DNA of 57,926 bases, the filler included, from Porpidia crustulata (lineage: Eukaryota), in assembly GCA_964255105.1 (NCBI GenBank). It is 8 parts of 8 records of this genome, joined end to end, with 100 filler letters (N's around TTAATTAATTAA, not from the genome) between each part and the next. Parts side by side here need not be neighbours in the genome. Positions count along the whole stretch, not along the records: positions 43,571 to 50,701 come from CAXUWE010001391.1; positions 50,802 to 57,926 come from CAXUWE010001392.1; 6 more parts are not named here. One strand, given 5' to 3'. Below are positions 48,758 through 57,926 of the stretch, in pieces (within the stretch, counting starts at the first letter, position 1; every line of letters begins with the position of its first letter). The position numbers were made by a program, and so were the translations under genes. The notes beneath the pieces are model-generated. The model searched no databases. It was given only the letters and a program-made list of their open reading frames with translations, and was not told the DNA's origin.

Positions 48758-50517
48758 ATGGTCACTACCACTAGCGTAGTCAACCGTCCTGATGAATGGA
48801 AGATTGAACAAGGCCTCACAGCGGCTAAGCTTCCCTTTCTAGACCAGACGGGACCCGAGACAATTGCCATCGAACCTCAAAAATGGGGGGATTTGATCAA
48901 AGACGAGGAAGCTATCAATGCCATCGGCGACCGGAGCAAGCTCTTCGCCAGGGAACTCGAAGGCTGGAAAGGGTATGTGGTTGTCTACCGCATCAGTTCT
49001 CTTCACAGGCAGAACTTAAGTTCAACTAACATACTGTCAGATATGTGGAATGGGAAAAGTATCCGGAGAAGAAGGCAAAGGCTCACAAGATACTCACTTT
49101 GCAGACTTTCCCTCCGAATCCAGAATTCCAGCTTGGACCAATCCCTGACACGAATCCAGTACTTCCTGGCACTCACTGGAAGATGTGGCATCGCGCCGTT
49201 GGTGGCGAATTAGCCTCTGTTCCTGAGGATTCGTGGGAAACTGTCCTTCTTGAAAAGCATCCAGAGATGTTGCATCTGTTGCAATTTCCCTATAATGGCG
49301 AACCTCCAAAAAGGCTGGTGACTTCGAAAGCCATCACTCCAAATTCGCTTCACTTTGTTCGCAACCACGGCGGCATACCGATTATCGACAAGGACAAATG
49401 GAGCCTCGAGCTCGATGGTCTGGTTGCGAACCCTAAATCGTATAAGCTGGAAGATCTCATGAACGACTCAAAGTTTCCGCGGATTGGGAAGCTTGCTACG
49501 ATGCAATGCTCTGGAACCCGTCGCATAGAGCAGATCTCTCTGTATGCAGGACAAGGAGACGAGGTTCCACAGGCCCCATGGGCCGAAGGAGCCATAGGCA
49601 CCGCAAATTATGTGGGTATCAGCTTGAAGAAAATTATCAAAGACTGCGGTGGTCTCAAGGGCGGGGCCAAACACCTTGAACTCTATGGAGCTGATACCTA
49701 CTTCAAGAACAATGAGGCGATGAACTACGTCGTAAGCGTTCCATGGTCCAAAGTCAAAGCCAACGAGGTCTTACTCGTATGGGAAATGAATGGAGAACCG
49801 CTGCCAAAAATTCATGGATATCCCCTTAGAGTGGTTGTGCTGGGCTACATTGGCGCGAGGAGCACCAAATGGCTTTACCGAATTCGAGCCCTCGAGGACC
49901 CGTCACTTGCCCCAGTGCAGAGCAAAGAGTATCTGTATTTCAACCAGCAGGTCGGCAAACACAACCAATGTCCGACAGATGGCATCCAGATCCAAGAGAT
50001 GCCAGTGAGCTCGGCGATCATGTCTCCATGGACGAAACAAGTTGTCATACACAGCGGCCAGATTCATTGCAAAGGCTGGGCATACTCCGGTGGTGGAAGA
50101 TGGCCGGAACGAGTGGAACTGTCCGCCGACGGCGGATTCAGCTGGTATGCTGTCCCCAACGAGAACCTATCGTCAAAGCACAAGTGGACCTGGCGCAGGT
50201 GGGAAATGGACATTCCGTGCGATGTTGAAGGCTGGGTCGAAATCGTCTGTCGTTGTTGGGACAATTCTCTTAATACACAGCCGTTGAACGTCCGCGCAGC
50301 GTGGAATTGGGGTCTCCACGTGACGAGCTCAGCCCACCGGATCAGCGTCTACAGCATCAACAAGAGTCGAGCCCGCACCAGGCAGCGATTGGAGAAGTTT
50401 CAGCGGTTGGGTGTGCCTTTGGCTCCTCTCACATGTCCGGAAGACTTCCAAACACAGACCTGGGAGGAGTACGAGCAGTTCTGGAAGGAAAATGAACCCC
50501 GAGATGTTGATGATTGA
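48758..50517 (+). CDS. Sulfite-oxidase-family molybdoenzyme (Moco plus dimerisation domains, no cytochrome b5), intron 48973-49040
   Basis: PYNGEPP, FVRNHG, TMQCSGTRR (Mo-ligating Cys), EMNGEPLPKIHGYPLRVVVLGYIGARSTKWL, IQEMPVSSAI, GWAYSGGGR..RVELSADGG; no HPGG motif. Confidence 0.92.
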
Positions 50518-50701
50518 TAATCTTTGCATAGTCTACTGGTGCCACTCGAAAGTCTTCGAATCATCAATCATATTGAACAGACTTGAAACGATGCGAAATC
50601 TAATCGAAAAGTAGCTAAGAGAAAAAAGCTCGATATTTCAGTTATCGCCTAGGAGTATTCCCGGGCCCGTGCACGTTCCGGTCCCGTGCACACCCCACTT
50701 T

Positions 50702-50801
50702 NNNNNNNNNNNNNNNNNNNNNNNNNNNNNNNNNNNNNNNNNNNNTTAATTAATTAANNNNNNNNNNNNNNNNNNNNNNNNNNNNNNNNNNNNNNNNNNN
50801 N
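50702..50801. other. Artificial contig spacer
   Basis: N44-TTAATTAATTAA-N44. Confidence 0.99.
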
Positions 50802-52516
50802 CACAATCCCGCTAGGAAAAAACGTGTTCCAACTCACTCTCGCCCCCCCGTCGTCAAAACCCCATCCTTGAGCGTGCACTTCCACTTGCTCTTGACCCGC
50901 TGTACCTTGTCGTACGTGCATAGCATAATCTGCCCTTCCTTGCCATCCTCCCCTTCGTCTGCGATGGCATCGTCGTCGTCCGGGTCGTCGAGGTCCGAGT
51001 TGATGGCGTCCTCGTCGGTGTCGTCCTCTAGATCCGGGTCGTCTTTGATGTGTGCTTTGGTCTCGTCCGAATCGGAGTCGAGGCCGTCAAGCTGGGGGAT
51101 ACGGGAGGGGATGGATACTTGGGCGGCGGCGAATGAGTATGTGGAGCTGCTTGAGGGGTTTGGGGGAGAGACGGGCTTGCGCTTTCTGTTGGCGAGGGGG
51201 TTTTTCGGTTGTTCGGAGAGGGGGAGCATAACGCCACCGCCTTCCATGGAGCGACTCATTTGCTCTAAGCGCTGGCGCATGCTCAAGTCTGCGTCGTGGA
51301 TACTCATGGAGTTTTCCAGAGCAGCGGCACGACGTTCGGCGACCATCGAAGTCCAATCGTCAGCACCGTCGGTTTGTGAACTACCAACGTTTTGCCGTTG
51401 CTGTTGCGCTTGCTGTAAATGCTGGTAGTGATCTTGCTGCGTTTGTTGACGCTGCTGCTCGGCCATGTCCCTCCTATGTTGCTCTGGCTGTGGAGGAAGT
51501 TGGATGTTCTGTGGAATCCGATGCGGCTGCTGGCCAGAGTTTCCGAGACCCGCCTGAGCATGAAGCTGATTGATCTGCATGTTGGCATTGGCACCGAATT
51601 TCTGTTGGATGTTTCGTGCGGCACGTTGCTGAGCAATTGCACTGCCGTAATTGCCGGTGAGAGTATTGCTTTGAGGAATTCCCGAGGTATCGTAAGAACC
51701 TGGTTCGGTCTTGATACGTACCCCTCCGCTGTTGCTGCTTGGTAACGGTATTGAAGCTGGTGAAGATCCACTTGAAGGGATTTGCTGCGGTCGAGGAACG
51801 TTGGATGGCACCGGCGTGGGATTGGCAACCATAGGTTGAGGGACAGGCGGTGGTTCCCATGGAAATGATGCGACATGCATCGCGGTCAGATTTGTCTGCC
51901 ATGTCTTTGAAATCGTATCTTACTATTAGTATCAATATCTAAAATCCAACATGACAAAATATAAGAATAGAAAGGAGATGATGCTTGGCTCGGTAGAAGT
52001 TGCAGAAAGCGGGCAAGCGCAAGCGATGGGGGGAAATTGAGCCGAGTGACACCGTGCGGTATAAAAAGTGAGTCAAAGACTCTAAAGGGTCGCTTATCCC
52101 CCCAAGAATTCTGAAATTCCCACATTGACCCCCCCGCCAAAAGATTGCGCCCGGCCATTGCAACACAAAGAAATACTCCAAAATCCGCCAACGCAACACC
52201 ATACGCATTTGAGTATGAATTAAGGAAAATAATGTCTGTTATGATGAAACAGGAATGTGCGAAAGTTCCGCCCACCGCGGTCTTGTAATAGTTGCAAAGG
52301 AGACAAGGCAACCGACCGTTCGCAAATCGTTCAATGTCTGCTGGTTGATGCCGTCCTCCTCAAATGTCACCTGCAGGTTCTCAATCACATCGTCCATGAT
52401 CTTCGCGTACACCGAACCCTGCCATTAGTTGTTCTCTTCAGCATTTGCGTTCCATGACAGTGCATGGGGCTTGGAGAGTCTGGCAAGAGCAGACTGACCA
52501 CAAGCTGGTTAGACAT
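50802..52516 (-). CDS. TOA1: Transcription factor IIA large (alpha/beta) subunit, last exon missing; includes a 412-nt intron 52316-51905
   Basis: MSNQLV-GSVYAKIMDDVI..FEEDGINQQTLNDLRT-TWQTNL..FPWEP; QTDG and QLDG; DEDAINSDLDD; IMLCTYDKVQRVKSKWKCTLKDGVL. Confidence 0.94.
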
Positions 52517-53095
52517 CCTGCCGACCACTGAATAAGGATTTGTATACTGGTCTGAAGCCGAGAGTAAGAGTTGTGGAAGTGGATTCGAGGAGATTGGGTC
52601 GATATGGACCAGTTGCGGTGCGGTATTGATTCGTCAAGGTCAAGTCTCTTTCATTCAGCCAATGCCAATGCATGCTATTGCAATTCAGTCTCACTCTATC
52701 GCTTTCTGCTGCTTTCGACTGTTGTGTCTCTATATCATGTCATGCGTTATGGATATTTGTGATTCGGTGGTTTTATGGTGAAGGTGTTGTAATGCAGAAG
52801 TCCGAATGTGCTCCGAAATATTTGATGGCAGTTTCTTGCTTACATAATACACCTAAGCGCTATTTATTTGAGTCAAAACGCATTTCACAGTGAACAGACA
52901 TATCTGAGACAGAAAAGAGCGTGTCATTGTGAACGAGATCTATGTTGATCAATCAGCCAGACTCTGGAGCGAGATCTGCTTCATTCCGTAACTATGATGT
53001 CCCAAGCCGAAACATCCAACGCCATTCGCTAAGGACATGGAAGATGCCAAACGCAATGACGAGTTCTGATGTCTGGGGCAGAAAATGTCCCAGTC

Positions 53096-55008
53096 CTATC
53101 TAATCGTCATTTGCTTCGCCATATCTCCTCCTTTGCCAGTCACGCCTCCTTCCCTCGAAACCGCAGAACTGGAACCGGGCTTCTTCTCGAAAAGTTTCCA
53201 GAATTTGAGGCTCTCATCCGCAGCTATCGAATATGTTAGACAAATAAGAGTGATCAAACCTGATGGGGCAACTACTTACCTGCAGTTGCTAGCATCTGAC
53301 CATCCGGGCTCAGACAGCTGTGAAGCACCCTTGTCTCATGTGCAGGGATTTCGACGTTGCGCACCAAAGTTGGATAGCTCCAGATGCTCAAAGAATTGTC
53401 TGGGAACCCGCTTGAGCTGACAATCTCCCGGTAGTGATTACTCCATCGCAGGCTTGTGACTTGAGATCCAGTGTCGATGCTGTTGGTTCGAGCTCCCGTT
53501 GTAGTGTTCCAGAAGTGAATATGTCTATCGTATGAACCTCCTCCTGTAGCGAGAAGGTTTGGTTGCCACGGGCACCAGCTCAAGGCCTTGACAGCCGCAC
53601 GATGGTTGGTCTTCTGGAACTTAGGCGCACCCAAAGATCGAGCATCCCAGATAGATACCAGATTGTCGTTCCCACCAGTAGCTAGCTGAGCTCCATCTGC
53701 CCTCCACTCGAGCCCGCAGACCTCGGATGTATGTGATACCAGCTCGGCGACCTTGTGTTGTGCGACTCGGACGTCATGATTGTAGACAAGACCGCTTCGA
53801 GCACCGGAAGAAAGAATGTGTTTGTTCCAGCCCATGACCCCAACGCGGGTATCATGACCGTGCATACTACGGAGTTTGCTGCCCTCTTCCACATCCCAAA
53901 TCTGAATCTCTCCAGTGCCAAGTCCAACTCCAACGTAGGCACCATCCCCACTCCACTTGACGCTGCTTACATAGGTATCTGGCGATGTCTCTAGCAGACA
54001 GCTGACTGTGCCAGACTCTGCGGACCAGACGTAAACATTGCGCTCTAAACCTATTGCGACTTGGTTGCCGGAGCTCCAATCAAGAAGGTTGAGGTAGTAG
54101 TCATCGACGAGACCAGGAGCATCAAGGACACGCTCTGGCGCGGTCAGAACTCTCCTCCGGAATTGTGCTGATGTGGCGCTGGCAGGCTTGAGAGGACGGT
54201 TGTACTGTGATCTGAGGTCAATTGGCTTTGATGATTCGGGTGGTGCTGGCTTGAATGCGAGAATACGGGTGTTCAGAGAAACGCCGCAAGCAGATGCTAG
54301 AGATGATTCGTACGCAAGAGCGTCTGGAGCGGGCTTCACGTATGATGATACCTCCTCGTTGTCGTTCAAATTGAGTCCTTCCAGAGCAGCGGTGGCATCA
54401 TCCTCAGAACTGTGTCCACCGAGATCGAAAGCACTGGCAGCATGGGCAAGGACAGCGGATCCTTCGCCGTTGCTAGTCTTTGGCCGCTGACTGTCGTGGT
54501 CAAGCTTACCTGACCCAGCTATGGCTAGGCCATCACTTGCCGTACGGTTTGGGATAAAGCGATCTCCTGCGTCAACTCGAATAGTGGTCTTGCCGGATCT
54601 CGACCGTAGCGGACCCTTCTTCCGGCTGCAGCTCTTTGAGGGTGTTTGTCCGACGGCGGGCCCGGTACCAGTCAAGGTCCAATCCGAGACACCAAGTTCA
54701 AGATGTCTTGGCGAATTCTTTGACTTGGCGATGTTCGATTTTGGAGAGTCACGGTAGGCCGACTTTGAGGTTGACCTAGCGAAGAGTTGTGACAGATTAC
54801 CGCCGTACAAAGACTGCGATGGTGCACGAATGCTTTCTGATGATAGCCTAGGAGGGGTGAAGGGAGAGGAGTTGTTCGAGGCGTTGGTGGCTAGGCTTGC
54901 GGTCCTCGTACGTGGGGAAGGTGTAAGAGGCATACGACCACCAGCTGTTCGGGTGGAGAAAATACCATGATGGCTCTTGAGAGGGGTTGATATCGAAGCA
55001 GTCGCCAT
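53096..55008 (-). CDS. CDC20: APC/C activator Cdc20/Slp1 (WD40)
   Basis: C-box DRFIP, Mad2-binding RILAFKPAPP, PERVLDAPGLVDDYYLNLLDWS, WD40 repeats, IR tail QMTIR* after the last intron. Confidence 0.95.
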
Positions 55009-55700
55009 TGTATGATATGATGTGATCGAAGGGACAATTTAATGTATCGATTAATTTCCTGTGGTTGAAGATTTGTGGTCTTCAGGTTAGTATATTCGAT
55101 TAACTAACGAGCTTGTCGAGGGTCGTGTTCCGGTGTCGAATGAGCTTCCAAGAGTCTCAAATAAATGGATCCTGGATAGTAATTGTTAGTAGTCGATGTT
55201 GTGCCGGAGCAAAGGTTGTTAATCGAGTTTCCTTAGCAAAGATTCTTGTACAATCGGTAGGTCGATCGATTCAGACGCGGAGAACAGCCTTGAATGATCT
55301 AATAGATTGAGCAGAGTAATCTTGCGTAAGGTAATGATGTTTGCAATAAATGCAGAGAGATGTAGAGGAGGAGAGGTACGGATAGAAGTGGTATGTAGAA
55401 GGAAAGGAACGGAGAGCTCAATTCAACTTTATGTACCCATCAACATCGACGCGCTAAGCAGTTGCTACGCAACGGAGCTTAGTCATGATGATCTACCAAT
55501 TGGTGAATCACGGTGAATTCGGGATAATCTCCGAAGATCGACAGACCGTCACAAGTGTGAAGTGAAAGTTGAAGTTATCGCCAATAATGCTTTGAAACTG
55601 GTCAACACCTTAACAGTCAGCAGCAAGACATCTGGTCACCTCGTTGATTCCGTCAACTCTCAATACCAGTCAATCGTTGTGCTTTGACATGTGAGGAGCC

Positions 55701-57926
55701 ATGGACCAGCACCCAAGTAGAGCCACCCCTGGTTCTGGTTCCGCATATCAGCAACCCCAGTCAAGTAGCAGCACATGGAGTGGCTTCTCAAACTTCGACA
55801 GAACGCCGACCTCAGTTACTTCTTCGAATAACACATATCTCATGCCCAGCAGTCCCAAGAAATCCAAAATGGCCAGTGAGAGTTATCGACCAAAGATTAT
55901 GAGAACCTGCGGTCAACGGCCTGCTTGCTTAGTGAATGCCTCGGTCACATATTGTGGGAACAACCAGATATATGCATTTGGTGGTTTTGATCAATATACA
56001 GACGAAGGTACGACGCTCTCAGCTACACTCCATCTTCGATGTACTTCGCATTAGAAGCATGCTGACTCCTTATAATTAGTGTACAACCATGTTCTTAAAT
56101 TAGATCTAGGATCGTTACAATGGAGCCTGGTAGACAACTACGGAGATATACCTGGTGTACGGATGGGTATGTAAGGTTCTTCCATATCTTTCTGATTCGA
56201 CTCACGTCATGATAGGTCACACGGCATGTCTATGGCAGGGATCAAAACTCTTGATATATGGCGGAGAAAATGAGCATCGGGAATATCTTTCTGATGTAGT
56301 AATATTTGATCTGAAGACTGCGCATTGGACACAACCAGATATTCGAGGCACGATACCCAAAGGACGAGCTCGACATGCAGCCGCAGTCTACGATGACAAG
56401 TTGTACGTCGTAGGAGGTTTGGCAGGCACTGAGACGTACACACTTGACGAAATATGCTACCTAGATCTCAAAACATGGACCTGGTCTCGATCCTGGAGCT
56501 TTGTAGCCCGATTCGATCATTCAACCTGGGTTTGGGGAGGGCGTATTTGGGTTTTTGGTGGGCTTGGGCCGGATATGGAGAGGACGGGGGAGCTATGGTG
56601 GCTAGATCTCAAGAGCAGTCCAGCATTCAAGACAGCTCCCGCGCATGATGTCTCGGAATCTCCTACTACAGACCGTGCGCCAAATCCACGGTTGCAATTC
56701 GCTCAATACAACCAGCCTCAACACATTGCTACAGGATCAACTGGCTATACTGCGAATTCGAGCAGTGTCCAGGTCAGAGCCGCCTCTAACATCACGAAAC
56801 CTGTTGCTCCAGGTGCAATATCCTCTATCAGGTTTGTCTCTGGGCCGAACGTCCCAGCACAAGCACTCGGGACACATTTCCACGTCTACTCCTCTGGCGC
56901 TCTACTCGACTTTGTCACCCCTGCAGGTACTATACGCCCGTCAGAATGCAACCTCTCGGCTTTGGAGCTCGATAGTTTGCAATGGCAAAAGCTAGCCGAA
57001 GGTCCAGAAATTTTTGACCCTACCTATCGATGGCACTACTGCGCTGTGAACGAAGACGGCACCAAAGCCTGGCTGTTAGGCTGCGCAAATGACTCCCCAG
57101 AAAACGGCATTGGAGCTTTTGAAGAATATCTAAGCGACGTGCTTCCCCTTGACCTTCGAAGATTCGGCCTATTGGGCAACGATCTTTCGTCAGAACCCAG
57201 CATCGGGAAAGGCAAACTCCCCGCCTCGGACACCCATCAAACATCTAATCTTAGCAGCCTCGGCGCCGACTATTCATCAATGTTCGATCGCAATCCAGAA
57301 TCCGGAAGCGGCTCCGACTTCATCGTTACCGCCGAGAAAGACGATCCCCTAGCCGACGACATTGACATGTCAGCCTCTTATAACACGACCGACCCCTCTT
57401 CTCCTACTCACAATACTTCACATTTCCTCTCCACCACTTCCAACACTTCCCCTCCGATCTACGTCCACAAACTCATTCTCCAAGCCCGATGGCCCCACTT
57501 TACCCGTGTCTACGCTTCCCAAATGGCCGAATTCCAAACCAAGAAAATGCACATACCCGAACCCTACCCCGTTGTCCGCGCCTTTCTCTATTATCTCTAC
57601 ACCGACAGCATCGCCAAACATCCCCTCTATTGCGCCGACCTTGGCGATGTCGCCGGCCTCCTCGTGATTGCGAACGTGTACGATATGCCCCGCCTGCGCG
57701 CCCTGTGCATCCACCGCCTCAGCAGGGAAATGGACGTTGAATCCGCCGCTATCGTATGGGAGCGCGCAGGCACAGCCGGAGAGCAGTGGTTGCGCCGGCG
57801 CGCAGCGAAATACTGTCTCACGCATTGGGGGCGCGTGGTACGCACCGAGGCGTTCAGGAGGCTGAGCAGGCAGAGCATGATGGAACTTTGCGAGGTTATC
57901 GATGTGGAAGGACGGGTTGTCGGCGG
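55701..57926 (+). CDS. Kelch-repeat plus BTB/POZ protein (LZTR1-like architecture), 3' truncated, 2 introns
   Basis: IYAFGGFD, PGVRMGHTA, LLIYGGE, PKGRARHAA, LYVVGG Kelch blades; BTB IYVHKLILQARWPHF..HIPEPYPVVRAFLYYLYTDSI. Confidence 0.88.

Noticed and set aside
41578..50517. Copper-fist regulator as part of the catalase/sulfite oxidase cluster
   Set aside because: A spacer at 43471-43570 separates them; different contigs.
7183..50801. TTAATTAATTAA recurring about every 7.2 kb as a biological repeat or CRISPR-like array
   Set aside because: Always embedded in N runs of fixed length; a concatenation linker. ORFs ending in X..LIN are artefacts.

Overview
Fungal (filamentous ascomycete, Pezizomycotina; possibly a lichen-forming Lecanoromycete, which is an inference) genomic DNA with short GT-AG introns. 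The window is not contiguous. It is eight contigs of about 7.1 kb (7182, 7178, 7171, 7170, 7136, 7133, 7131, 7125 bp, in decreasing length) joined by artificial 100-bp N44-TTAATTAATTAA-N44 spacers, so gene neighbourhood only means something within a contig. Recognisable genes: GAF hybrid histidine kinase, DUF2293 protein, pyrG/URA3, amidase, EMC2, AP-3 delta, an AMP-binding-like protein, nitronate monooxygenase, phosphoglucomutase-2, delta-8 sphingolipid desaturase, NYN/PIN nuclease, copper-fist transcription factor, catalase, heme-less sulfite oxidase, TFIIA large subunit, CDC20 and a Kelch-BTB protein. Most interesting: (1) a head-to-head pair of catalase and heme-less (plant-type) sulfite oxidase, a candidate sulfite/SO2 plus H2O2 detoxification module; (2) tracts with a non-canonical CpC->TpC RIP-like signature, one fading as a gradient into a gene; (3) a His-Cys-box homing-endonuclease-like gene interrupted by a single in-frame TGA; (4) recurrent C-rich to G-rich skew flips, often at contig breaks; (5) a long structured intron in TOA1; (6) an orphan Cys-His-Asp protein. 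Exon boundaries were read by eye.
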